Assembly (NCBI GenBank): GCA_973895155.1
Contig: OZ316894.1
Coordinates: 2,868,457 to 2,932,456 of the forward strand
From: Marsupella aquatica
Taxonomy: Eukaryota; Plantae; Marchantiophyta
Length of the DNA stretch: 64,000 nt
Reading direction: 5' to 3'
Every line of letters starts with the position of its first letter. The first letter of the stretch is position 1. Positions 13,691 through 25,677 of the stretch are shown one piece after another. Both the position numbers and the translations under genes were made by a program. Under the pieces are notes generated by a model. The model searched no databases and had not been told where the DNA came from. It worked only from the letters and a program-made list of their open reading frames with translations.

Positions 13691-14163
13691 ACACATACCG
13701 GTAAAGATAATGCATGGTCCGTCAGTCATTTCAAGTGTGAGAACGACTACAATCGATTACGAACAATCATTTCAACTCCACTCAGGAAAAATGAGTGGAC
13801 AGTACCAGTTTACAAATGAGTGGACACCGGACAGTCAGTAACTATTGACCTTCATAAGAAATCTCAGTACTTCACTAGCAATCAGTATTCCCGGGGCGGT
13901 CGCCAAACGTGAAATTATAGTCATAAATAGAGGATAACTGAAATTCCTGCCAATTCTAATACGCGCCAGTCAAACACGCACCCTCTTCTAGAAACCACTA
14001 TGTACAATGACTAGTGGAGACTAAACAGTATAAAGCATTGAGATGATCTCTATTGCTCATTCCCCCACGCATTCCACTTTCTGGCTACTGGATAATCTAT
14101 TTGCACATCAGCTCTCTCATTTCCAATTCTTAGTCTCGGTTAGCATCTCTTGTTTGAAGGGCG

Positions 14164-14706
14164 ATGACTACTCCGCTGAGCTCGAAGAATGAGGATGTTT
14201 CGACGGACGATTCAGAAGGTTCGACATATCGAATTCGTGGTACTCCTTACAGAATGTGTCAGCGATGTAATATAATGTTTACGGTGACTAAATCGGGTCA
14301 AATGTTTTGTGAGAGATGACATTGTTTGCCACATTTGTCGATGGAAGATCAGATGGAGACCAATCCGACAGAGATGACTACAAAGATGGCATCAGGGGAG
14401 AAGTTAAAGGGCAAAGCCCTCGTGGAATCCGTTTCGAGGGGGGAGAAGTTTAAGGCCAGAGCATGCGTCAAATCCATTTCGGGGGAAGCAGCAACAGACG
14501 CTAAGACAGTCAAGAAGGAGGCCAAGAAAGTGGACGCACCGAAGAAAAGGCAATTAGAGATGAACAAAGATTCTGATTTGTATTACAGAAAAAGCAAGCC
14601 GAGAAAATCTATGGACGTTAGGACTTGGGCAAAGGAAGAATTTTTGGATTCAAGGGAATCCACACCAGACACCGATGAGTGGATGCCTTCATCTTGGAAT
14701 GACTGA
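14164..14706 (+). pseudogene. Small (~180 aa) cargo ORF with a Cys cluster and Lys-rich tail; one premature TGA
   Basis: ATG at 14164 is in frame with the listed 14326 ORF: MTTPLSS...RMCQRCNIMFTVTKSGQMFCER*HCLPH. TGA at 14317-14319 is probably derived from CGA. Confidence 0.5.
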
Positions 14707-14801
14707 CTCGATCGAAGTCAACAATATTTTGAGTAGTTGAAGATTAGAACTACAGATTCAAGAGTAGTTCAAGTTAGAACTTGTTATAGATACTGTAGCT
14801 T

Positions 14802-15245
14802 TCGACTACAATAAACACTATCAAAAGACATGAGATAAATTGGTTCACGCGACTGTGCGCGTGACGAACTACATGTGTAACCAAAAAATAGGTCATCCTA
14901 CTAACAAGTTGAGATCAGGAAGATCTCTGAAATAAAGGGCGATTACGTCTAAGAGTGCAGAACTTTCGCTGACCTCTAAAACATTAACGCGACCGTGCGC
15001 GTGATGAAATGAAGACGTTGGTTTTAAAATAGATTTCTGGCCAATTCGCTAGGCTGTCGACTACAATAAACAATATCAAAAGACACGAGATAAATTGGTT
15101 CACGCGACTGTGCGCGTGACGAACTGCATGTGTAACCAAAAAACAGGTCATCCTACTAACAAGTTGAGATCAGGAAGATCTGAAAATGGACCTCGATTAC
15201 GTTACGTTTTGCTAGGCCGTCGACTACAATAAACAATAGCAAAAC
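14802..15245. repeat. ~255-bp direct repeat (about 2 copies) carrying ACGC-N8-GCGT sites
   Basis: TCGACTACAATAAACA at 14802, 15057 and 15220; motif at 14847, 14987 and 15102. Confidence 0.85.
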
Positions 15246-17760
15246 GTACGGACAACTATACGCGTATGCCATACAATTATAGACTAGAGAATTCATTCGG
15301 ATCCTCTACTAGTACTTCTGATACATTGCTTCTGTATTGGACTTGAAACACGGATTGATCAAACTCGAAGTGAGAAATTGGTCCATAACTTCATTGACTC
15401 AATTCATGCATTGAATGCGTGATTTAAGGCAACTACTCTCCTCATTTATTGTGGAATTAATGCTGATTGATACTTACAAGTTATTCAGTTGTGTGTGGTC
15501 TCAGCAATGTTGGCGGCAACCCTCTAATGTTGGCGGAAACCCTCCTCCCAGCCAAGCCTCTTCCTTCCAGCGTACCCTCCTCGTCCCAGCCAACTAAGCC
15601 TCCTCCTTCGAACTCCAATTTCCTTGAGTATCATGATCGAATCCCACCACCAGAGAATGACAACTTGTTGATCGTATCAAGATCAAAATCCTTGACCAGA
15701 CTGTGATTTCAGAATAGCCGCTCTTTGTTGGTCCGCTAGAATGCTTCGATGAATGAGGCAGACTATGGAGGTTCTAAATGTTTGTCGTCTTGCTTCGTCG
15801 CAACTCTCCCGCTTGATCGGATGTGCTCTCCCCAAGATTGAAGGTGATACAACAAGAACTGCGCCAGCGTTGCTTGAATGAGCTCCGCCTTCGACTGGAA
15901 TAGTCGAATGATCCAATCTGCTCCACCTCAAATGTGCCTTGGATCAGCCTCCGCTGAGAGCCCAGCTAGTATCCTGGTCAGGAGAAACTGAAAATGAAGA
16001 ATGATCCGTGAGCAATAAGATCAGTCTATTGACTCCATGGAGGATGTGTTCATCTGGACTCGATTTTGATTTTGAAAATTGGTTGAGTCTCCAGTCATGA
16101 GAATCATTGTACAGGATTGATTTTGAATATCGGTTCTCCCCGACCGTGAGAATCGTTTTACGTTGTTTAGAGTAAGGGTTTGAATTGGTAAGATAGAGAG
16201 TGGAGTACGGATCCGGATCCAATGGTCTCCACTACCAAAATGGAATGATTTTGAAGTTTGCCTCCACTACGTGATGGAACGATCGTGAGAAAGTTGTCGT
16301 TCGTTCATATTTTGGATTTGAATTGGCAGATATAGTGAAGATACGGATCCGGATCCGGATCCGGGGGTCCCCACTAACAATCTTTCGCAGTTGCATAATT
16401 ACCGGTTTAAATTTCAAATTGGCCATCAAATAGAAATCTCCTTTAGTACGGAAAATCAAAAGGAATCCGGTAATCTTTTTTTCACGATTGCATAGTTTGT
16501 TCAGTCGATGGTGGAGTGTACGGAGATCATCTGGAACCTTCCTGTCGCTAGGCTGTTATTAGGGTTATGCTAAAACAATACCCTAATTAGTCCTTCCTTA
16601 GTGTCGGCGCCCACGGTCTCGAGTTCATTGTTCATTGTTGTTGTTTCTCGCTCCCTAGACTTTTGCGCGCCTGCTCTTGTCGCTCTCGCTCTCGCTCTCA
16701 TCGCTCTCACTCTCGTCGCTCTCGCTCCTGCCCTGGATTTCATTTTTGTCGTTGCAGCTCGTTCGTTGTGGTCAGGTGCTTGTCGGCGCGTTGCAGCTCT
16801 TAGTAGTTGTCCATCGTTTCGACCAGGAGCTCGTTGGCGCATTGCAGCTCGCATTTATAGCTCGTATTCACTTCTAGTTTGCTAGTTCGTTGCAGCTAGC
16901 TTTTTGGGAGTGCTTGTATCAGCTCGTGTCAGCCAATTTTAAGCTCATATCAGCTCAATCAACGTGTTTCAGCATTTAGGTTTGTTTCACCTCTTTGAAT
17001 CTTCAGGTTTAGTGCGCTTTTATTCATGCTCAGTTTGCCTATCCACAGCTTTGATTGTACTTCTGAAAGAGTCTTTTTAACTTGACATAATGAGCTCCTT
17101 AGCATTAAGCACATGTTATTCAATAGGTGGCAGCGAAGCTCTATGTATAGAAGTATAGAAGCTATGTTGTTATTGCTTAGCATATTAATATCTTCAATCT
17201 TATATTTACTTTCTGGAATGCCGCAGCAAGGTGTTCAAGTGCTTGGACGTCAATCTCTCAGACGATTACATCAATTTTTCAGAATTCAGGTGTAATTTCT
17301 ACATTTTCTGCTGGTGTTGATTGTGGTTTGCTAAAATTTCTCTTGATTGTTAAGCACAATTTTCATAATGCGGTTTGTTTGTAAACTCAAATATGTGTGA
17401 ATCATACAAACTCACTAATTAAAATACAACCTGAATCGTCTTAAGTAAGTCATTACAAACTTGCACGCTGTGAATTTAATCATATAAACTCTCATGTTAT
17501 GTGAATCTCATTACACTGAATCCTTTAATTGACGAATACAATCAGTAGACTGCTAAATTGAATCATCTTAGCTGGATCATTCTCTAAACTTCTAATATAT
17601 AATAGTTTCACAATGACAGAGCTCAAACATCTGAATTATTGTAAAGTTCATGAATGAATACAAATGAATGATTATGCTTCCTCGGATTTCCTTGTTCGTA
17701 CGGGTCAGTAATCACAGTTGTATCACTGTATTATCCTATTGTCCAAAAGTTGTTTCAGCT

Positions 17761-18530
17761 ATTGACGCAACCAGTCGCGTGAAAATACTATGAGGTTCCT
17801 TTTAGGACCAGTTGACGCGACCAGTCGCGTGTGAGAAGGAAACTGGATAGATTTATTGAGCGCGTACCATATCCAAATCTCCACAGAAGGTTCAGTGGAT
17901 ATAGTTGTTTAGGTTCAGTTGACGCGACCAGTCGCGTCTGACGTAGATCTCTCATTGACTCGCTCTGTTAGAGGAGGTAAGGTTCCTTTTAGGACCAGTT
18001 GACGCGACCAGTCGCATGTGAGAAGGAAACTGGATAGATTTACTGAGCGCGTACCATATCCAAATCTCCACAAGGAAGGTTCAGTGGATATAGTTATTTA
18101 GGTTCAGTTGACGCGACCAGTCGCGTCTGAGGTTGCTCTCTCATTGACTGGTTCTGTTAGAGGAGGTAAGGTTCCTTTTAGGACCAATTGACGCGACCAG
18201 ACGCGTGTGAGAAGGAAACTAGATAGATTTACTGAGCGCATACCATATCCAAATCTCCACAAGGAAGGTTCAGTGGATATAGTTGTTTCGGTTCAGTTGA
18301 CGCGACCAGTCGCGTCTGAGGTAGCTCTCTCATTGACTGGTTCTGTTAGAGGAGGTGGGGTTCCTTTTAGGACCAGTTGACGCGACCAGTCGCGTCTGAG
18401 GTTGCTCTCTCATTGACTGGTTCTGTTAGAGGACGAAGAAACATTTATGATTTCACATTGTGACCCGAAAAAATCAGTCTCTCAAAGAATTGTTTATGCA
18501 TTCTGATTTGTAGACGCGACCAGTCGCGTG
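17761..18530. repeat. 189-bp tandem repeat (~3.3 units), each with two ACGCGACCAGTCGCGT palindromes
   Basis: Palindrome at 17765, 17815, 17922, 18002 (1 mismatch), 18111, 18191, 18300, 18380, 18514; spacing alternates ~109/80 bp and the intervening sequences are themselves repeated. Confidence 0.93.
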
Positions 18531-18675
18531 AAAATAATCTCTGGGATATATCATTTGGCTGAAAAAAGTCATGGGCGAACCTGGTCTGGAGAGCTTCAGA
18601 TGTCTATGCCCAATATTTGACGTTTTGGACAGAAGCCAAGATGGTCTACTTGCGGGATATTATGTATTTGTTGAA

Positions 18676-19170
18676 ACACTACTACCTGGACTTCCAGATT
18701 TCATTGTCGCGGAATTGATATGGCCTCGGATCTAGGAGACTTTTAATTCCTCGGCTAATGCAGGAAATTTCTCAATAAAGGAATTGGATGAGTTTGTAGG
18801 ACTATCTTCGGTGTGTCGTAGATGGCGCCACCTTGTTGGGAATACCTATCTTCTGGGTGTAATCAAGTTGAGTTTATTAGATTTGGCTTTCCCAGGAAAT
18901 CCTACTAAACCGATCGGAAATGAGTCTCTCTCATCGACAGTTCAAAGTTTCTTCCAGAAATACCCAAGAATTAAATTCATGTGGTCAATGTCCAGAGATC
19001 TTAGGGAACTCTTCACGAAGACTTACGATGCTCTTCACCCTCTTGAAAAATGGAAATTTACAGTCAGATGCCACGAAGTTGGATACCTTGAGGGTGACAT
19101 CTACGCTTTTAAGGAATTCTAGTTAACTTACGTGATGAAGCGCGTCGTATGTCTTCTAACAATGTTTTGT
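18676..19170 (+). pseudogene. F-box-like cargo gene, copy 1 (disrupted; start uncertain)
   Basis: TLLPGLPDFIVAELIWPRI*...FVGLSSVCRRWRHLV; TAG at 18733 is in frame with the 18784 ORF. Confidence 0.65.
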
Positions 19171-19187
19171 GATATGATAAAAGCAGG

Positions 19188-19775
19188 ATGAGCCAACTTT
19201 TGAATGAGGCTTGAGATTTCCTTTCATCTCATGAAAAGAAACAGAAAACAATATGGGATACGCTAGATGAAACCTCCTCTAGTCTCATTGGAGGAATACC
19301 AGATGTTTTGGTCATTTCAAATATTTGGCCAATACTCTACGAACACTTTATTTCAATTGAAAGATTGCGTGGATATCGACACCTCGATAACGATTTGGTT
19401 ATCGATAGGGTCCGAGACCTTATTCGGCTTGGAGCTTGTAGCAAGAAGTGGAACTTTTTAGTTACAAATACAAGGTTATGGGCTATCCTCAAACAAGCAA
19501 ACCGGATTGTCGATGTCGCAAATGATGCTCTTTACGACATACCCGAAACTGAGGAGTTGGAGTTTGACTCAGTCTATCGAGTTATTTGACAGGATATTTC
19601 TATGCTTCCAGAAATATCTGTTCTTGGGACTACTACTTCTGACGAAATCGCATTGTTTACGAACAAATATAGGAATTTAGATGAGGAAGAACGAGATGTC
19701 CTAATCGAAAGGTTTGGTAGATTTTCTCAGAATCTCGGTGGTCCCAGTTCTTATTGGATAGGTTCTTGTTCTTAA
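19188..19775 (+). pseudogene. F-box-like cargo gene, copy 2 (two in-frame TGA stops)
   Basis: SLIGGIPDVLVISNIWPILYE...LIRLGACSKKWNFLV; after the TGA at 19587 the frame continues DISMLPEISVLG...LDEEERD, paralogous to the copy 3 C-terminus. Confidence 0.65.
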
Positions 19776-19806
19776 TCTTTTCCATATTATGCTGTAGTCC
19801 TTTGAC

Positions 19807-20319
19807 ATGAATCAAAAATCTCATCGTCAAATGATGATGGAGCGCATTGCACGTGCAAAGGTTATGAACCGAAACATGATATGGAGTCAAGCTGAAGACC
19901 TGATACCCGGTCTTCCGGACGATATTGTCGAGAAATATATTTGGCCATTAGTCAAAGAGTTTTTCCACTGTCTTGGGAATTTGTCGGATACTGTGATTAA
20001 AAATTGGGTCATGGACTTGATCGCCATTCGAACAGTCAGTAAGAAGTGGTGCCACATAGTTACTTATAGTAGTACATGGGCGATGGTCACCTTGGTAGCT
20101 TACGACTTCACTGATAGACCAGGATATGAATCGCTTCGAAGGCATTTGACTTCACGGAGTGTAGCATTAAGATTTACAGAATCCATCAGAACTCTCCCGC
20201 CGCTGGACATTTTGGGTGGATTTGAAGGATCTGAACTTGACACGTTTAGGAACCTTTGGTTTTGGTTAGATGAAGATGAGCGAGAAGATTGGGTCAGGAT
20301 AAATGTTCCTAAAATGTAA
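19807..20319 (+). CDS. F-box-like cargo protein, copy 3 (intact, 170 aa)
   Basis: DLIPGLPDDIVEKYIWP...LIAIRTVSKKWCHIV matches the plant F-box pattern (LIPGLPDD...VSKxW) with an internal insertion. Confidence 0.7.
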   Translation: MNQKSHRQMMMERIARAKVMNRNMIWSQAEDLIPGLPDDIVEKYIWPLVKEFFHCLGNLSDTVIKNWVMDLIAIRTVSKKWCHIVTYSSTWAMVTLVAYDFTDRPGYESLRRHLTSRSVALRFTESIRTLPPLDILGGFEGSELDTFRNLWFWLDEDEREDWVRINVPKM

Positions 20320-20394
20320 TTCGGCAAGACGCGACCATGCGCGTGTTAGTATTTTATAATAAATGTTTAACTTTCAATATTTGTCTGTTTCAGA

Positions 20395-23300
20395 ATGGAT
20401 CCTATCGGAACCTCAAAGCAGAAACGAGACTCGTCTAAAGCTGCTTCTCGAAAGAAAGCCAAGACAAAAATGACTCCCGCGGAGACATCCATACTTGCAT
20501 ATCGAGGAAAGTCAATCAGAGAGAGAACAACGGAGACAAAGAGTATCCATCTCTTTGAATCGACTGAGATATCCGATTTTGGAATAGTCGTTCGCAATGG
20601 GGCTGTCCGTCTTGTGGTGGCAAGAAATGATAAAGCTACAGTTTTGGAGAGATCAAAAATTCTCGGGTGTTTCGTTGAGAAGAACATGAAAGTTAAAGAG
20701 TGTACAGAGGGATTGGTTCTGTTAGTCAGCGACGACCAGCAGGAAGACAAAATAAGCATTTGTTTGGATCGAACGCAATATGTAACCTTCAATCAGCCCA
20801 GAATCGATGATCTTCTAGGTGCAAGGCATGCCTTGGAAAAGGTTACTAGTGTGGGATATCCTTCCGATCCAGAGGCATCAACGGGAGATTTGATTTGTCA
20901 ATATATTATTGACGTACTTGAGTTCCAGAGAGTTCCTTTCAACCAGGGATTTCGCTTGGGAAAGGCCCCGCCAGTGAGCAAGGTTGAAGTATACTCGGTT
21001 GAGAATCTTCCGAAAGTAATTACCTCAGCGAATGTCGGGGCTCTGTTCGATTCTTTCCTCAAAGAATATAGTGCTGTGAATATATTTAACAACAAGTCAT
21101 TTTTTGTTGAGACATCACGTTGTCATCTTGCACCGGACCACATCAAGTGCCGAGAGTGGAATCAGGATTACACAGATAGGCTAAAGAATTCACTCCTCTC
21201 TCATTCGGCTATAAAGTTCGAGAAGCGATGCTGCTTTTTAGTCCCTGTGAAGTGGGTTCAGTCGAAGGCCGACAGAGATCCCGACTACAATGGGACGCCC
21301 TACGATTCATCGCCAAAGGAGGAGGACATTATGACCAGTCATTTCTGGATACTCGGAGGCCAGCACACAATAATGGCGTACAAATTGCTGAGAGAGGACG
21401 ACAAAGTCAGCCAAGTTGTACGAGACGCTTGCGGTACTGTAGAAGCTGTAATGTTTTGGGCAACGCTCAACAACGACAATAATGTTCATTTGATGGGATT
21501 ATCGAAAGCTCTGAACCACTGTCATCAAACATAAATGGAAGAAGGACAGTTTCTCACCATTGTACGACAGTGTCGTAATATCTGGAACTCATTTGGGCGG
21601 CCTGGATCACATTATCGTCATCCAAATTGGAAGGTATATAAATAACCCTCTTCGATCACATTATCGTATAAACTTTTGTCACACAAACGGTTGCGTCAAG
21701 CTTAGAATTGTCATGTTTCCATTGTTTTTCAGGTATTTATGAGAGCTACGAGTTTTGTCTGCCCATGGGCTCAAATGGGGAAGAACAAAATGATGAAATT
21801 TGGAGAATTGGCTCCGTTTCTCTTTACAATGGAGGACGAAACATTCAAGAAGTGGATGGAGGTCTACGAACGATCAAGGATAGGAGAGCTTGTAATTTAC
21901 AACGGAATTTTACAGAGGGACGCCGTCAAAATTGCGGATAATCCGTGTGCTTATCATCTTCTGAAGAAGACGTTCCGTTCTTGTCAAGGGTGCTCAGACT
22001 CAGTTCTTCGAAAGGCAGCGGAATATATGTTGAGCGGAAGACTGTCTATACTCAAAAACCGAAGTATCAAAGTGAAATCTGGAAAGGCAAGGAAGTCCTC
22101 TGAGGCTCCAGTGTTGTCAACGACCAGCATGAGTTTGGAGCAATTCTGTATAAAGAAGAAGACGAAAGTTGAGTTTGAGATTTTATTATTGAGTAAACTC
22201 AACGGGGAAACATCCACCCGGACGGAGCTGAAAAGTCTAATAGATTCAGCGTGGAAATTGCGGGTCAAAGGAATGATTGATCGCTTTAAGCTTGACAAGA
22301 TGGTGCTGAAGCAGTTGAGAGATGCGTTGAGTGGTTATCTGAAGAAGTGCTTAAATGTAAATATTAGTAATGATAATTTTTTGAAGGAGATCGACCCTAT
22401 ATTCTACAAGTTGGTCGAAGGAATACAGAAATCAGTTGATAGTCAAGGAAACCAACTAGTGCGGCCGGTCGGTGAGAGGCTGAAATTGCGATCCCTGCAG
22501 GATATACAAAATGCTGGGTTTGCAGACTGTATCATACGTGAAGACAAGAACCTTGCGAGCTTGATTTATTTTGATCCCTCATCAATGGGAGATTTGCGTC
22601 CACCAAATTGCTCATTCTATGAGGGGTTATTTCGTGCTACTAGCGAGATAGGGGCAAAACCACACCATGTGGTTATTATTGTAGCCTCTCCCGTTGAGTC
22701 TTACTTAATCAAACGGGAATTAGGGAAGTATACACACTACGTTGCTGTCGATAGCCATTATATTCAGAGGAGGCCGAAGGAGAAGAAGCTTATTGTAACC
22801 TACGCTTTTCACAGCTTGGCCTTCAGCACAATGGGCGATCCACAAGCCCTCGAGTTCCAATTGGTCTCCAAATATCAGATTGAAAAAATATCCAATTTTG
22901 AAGAGAGCGACGAGTTCACGACACCTTCCCCAGAAAAGATACTTCCATTCTTTGAAAGTATTGTTAGTCAATTCGTCCAATGTGGGGAATGGGCTATATG
23001 CTTCGGTGAGGGAACGAACTTGATCCAGTGCTTAATGGTAAGTTTTGAGATTTATATTTTGGGGTTTTGATTTTAAGATTATTTAGATTATTATATTCTC
23101 AATCAATATTGTGAACTAATTTTCGGCTTTTTTACAGGATGCTGGATCCAATGTAAAATATTACTGCCCTATGGCAACGCATAGGGAGTTGTCTTGTTTC
23201 TTGCAACACACCACGGCGACAATTGATACAACGCTATCATTGATTGACCCAGTACGGGCTAGTATAGAAAAATGTATAGATAAATTAATGAAGTACCGTC

Positions 23301-23605
23301 CATCCGTAACTGCTCTCAGGGCTGATGTTTTGGATGTCCTCCACGAACAACATATCCCTGATAATATTTGTAATCAATTATTGCAAGAGTATGCACTCTC
23401 TGAAGATTCCGATCGATTGTACATTCGACCAACGAAGTACCCTAGTGGGCCAATCCAAGGTACGTTACTTTTGAAACCTCTTACTTTTTATTGCGTCACG
23501 CGAACATGCGCGTGGACATTCATAACATTTCTTTTCACGCGTGAGTCATTCTTATCAAATCATCTGATTTTATTCAGATCAAGTCGACTGCGGCTTCAAT
23601 GTTGA
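20395..23605 (+). pseudogene. ~950-aa ParB/Srx-like domain + degenerate beta-class amino-DNA-methyltransferase-like cargo gene; exons 20395-21633, 21733-23037, 23138-23459, 23578-~23605; one premature TAA at 21532
   Basis: GT-AG introns join the 379, 443 and 144 aa ORFs in frame. ParB-like: CREWNQDYTDRLKNSL...FLVPV...FWILGGQHTIMAYK. MTase-like: SLIYFDPSS (DPPY position) followed later by EKILPFFESIVSQFVQCGEWAICFGEGTNLIQCLMDAGSNV (FxGxG position). Gene structure is well supported; domain identity is inferred. Confidence 0.65.
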
Positions 23606-24124
23606 GGATGCAGGGAGCAATGGTGATGCGGATGGTGAGAGGGAATGTAATGCTGTACATTCGTTAGAAATGATGGAAATTTTATAAATTTTAAACTTTT
23701 TCTAACTCAAGGTACAATCTAGTTACCTTTTGTAGCAATTTAGATCAACTGAACACTTAACCTAATGTTATGCTTCATCGGAGGCTATTGTATTGGACAA
23801 GGATCGCCAATATAAAGCCGTGCTCTTTACATGCTACCAAGAAAGAAGACTGGACATCATTGGAGAAGCAATGCAGACTAGAAGATTCAAGAACCGGCCT
23901 CCAAAACACTTTTTCAACAAGAATGAGCTCTGTATACAATTATCACAATCAGCCGATCTCTGCTATTTTAGTTAAATAGCTATCATGGTCAGAAAAGTCT
24001 CATACTTTTTCAGGAGGTAGTAGTTGCGTAGTAGAATCATCCCTGCAAGTTTCATCTCAAACCGACATGTGGTTTGAAAGTTAGAATTAATTTAGTTTTG
24101 CTGTTTTTCGCATAGCCGCGACTT

Positions 24125-24745
24125 CGCCGACGCTTTGTGAAGCGTCCATTGTATTTTTGGACGCTTTGAAAAGCGTCCACCCAAAGACCACGACGCTTTC
24201 TGAAGCGTCCACCACCCAACCAGTTGTACTCCGACGCTCTGCAATCCACATGAGGAGCGACGCCCACAGAAGCGTCTGCTACCCCGAAGGTGACCTCGAC
24301 ACTGTGACGCCCACTGAAGCGTCCCGCCCGGAGCCCAGAAGACGGACGCTGCGACCAAACCTCGAAATTCAGCCGACGCTTTCTGAAGCGTCCACAAAAG
24401 TCCTTTGTAGGTTTGGACGCTTTCTGAAGCGTCCACTATGTTCCCGACACTTAGAAAATTTTTCAGTTTTCGCACTTTTATAACACTGCACCACTTTTGC
24501 CGATTTATTTGAGACACTTAGAGATCTTAGAAAAGTCTGAAACTTTGCCAGCATATAGACTATATGTAGTAGAGTACCCTAGAAAAGTTTCAACTCCTTC
24601 CGCCTCTTAGTTTAGAAGTTAAAATTAGATTAAGATCACTGTTTATTAGTTTTACCGCAAACACCGACGCTTTGCAAAGCGTCCGCTCAAACCTCGACGC
24701 TTTGAGAAGCGTCCCCTGCATTTTTGACACTTTCAGCAGTGTCCA
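24125..24745. repeat. Cluster of GACGCTT-N4-AAGCGTC-type palindromes
   Basis: ACGC-N8-GCGT at 24130, 24161, 24193, 24260, 24307, 24376, 24417, 24667 and 24697, plus a decayed copy near 24727. Confidence 0.9.
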
Positions 24746-25677
24746 TTCACTTTTCAAGGATGATCGTCATTAAGTTTATTCAAGACCCTTTAGATATGAA
24801 AGGGCATGTCCTTTCAGTATCTCAGTCTCCTTGGGTTCCTGCTAGCCTATATGAAGTAGAATTTGTGTCATTTTCATGTGTGAAGAAATAAAGTAGTGCC
24901 TGTGGCATGTGTTGCAGCACTGGAATCACCTTTGCTTGCAAATGCAAAAGGAATTCTTCTCCCTTCCTTGGTCTGAATGATTGAGAGTTTAGATCATTGA
25001 AGTAAAATTACTTGTATGAAGTTGAATCTCAGAAGTATGAGGGAATAGATTCCTTAAGTGGTGACAACCCATCTTCTTGAGTTCTTGATGCATAGTTTTT
25101 GGCGTGACATTGCTTGTGCATGGGATGCAAAGATTGTTACTCACCAATTACCTATGACTTCAATTTGATCATGATGGTGTTTATTATTCGTGACTCAGAG
25201 TACCGACTGGATATCGAAGTGATTGATTACTAGTTTCTTCTGAGTACCTTTGGAAGGAAAAGTTGAGACGTGTTGACGGCATTTTAGTAATCATCCTAGT
25301 ACAGTAATCCATTCCAAAAATGTTCTTACGGATATACCACCCAAATCACATCAAATGAAGTATTAATGAGAAGTTACCTTGGTGTTTTCCAGACTCCCTC
25401 ATCATACCTCAAGATTTCATTGTGTTTTGTTATTTGTTTCCATTTTATTAATTGCATTTACAATGTTAAGCAAACATTCAAATCTATGCCTTGCTGAGCA
25501 ATCATAGTAAAAGGGTCAAACCTGTGCTTTTTGTGACCTTAGTCATTCATAAGTGTTAAACGATAGAAAATCATTCCTTTCTTGTTCTTCCATGAGATCG
25601 AATACCGAGTTTTGGACATTAAATGCTGATTTATGTCCTTAGTATAATACTACAGGGAAGGTGACGCGGAAGGTGAC

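Noticed and set aside
16570-16885. Ala/Arg-rich and hydrophobic ORFs within the transposon
   Set aside because: Derived from a (CTCGCT)n low-complexity repeat; no coding evidence.
17761-18530. CRISPR-like array of palindromic repeats
   Set aside because: The intervening sequences are repeated (alternating ~109/80-bp spacing in a 189-bp unit), the context is eukaryotic and there are no cas genes; it is a tandem repeat.
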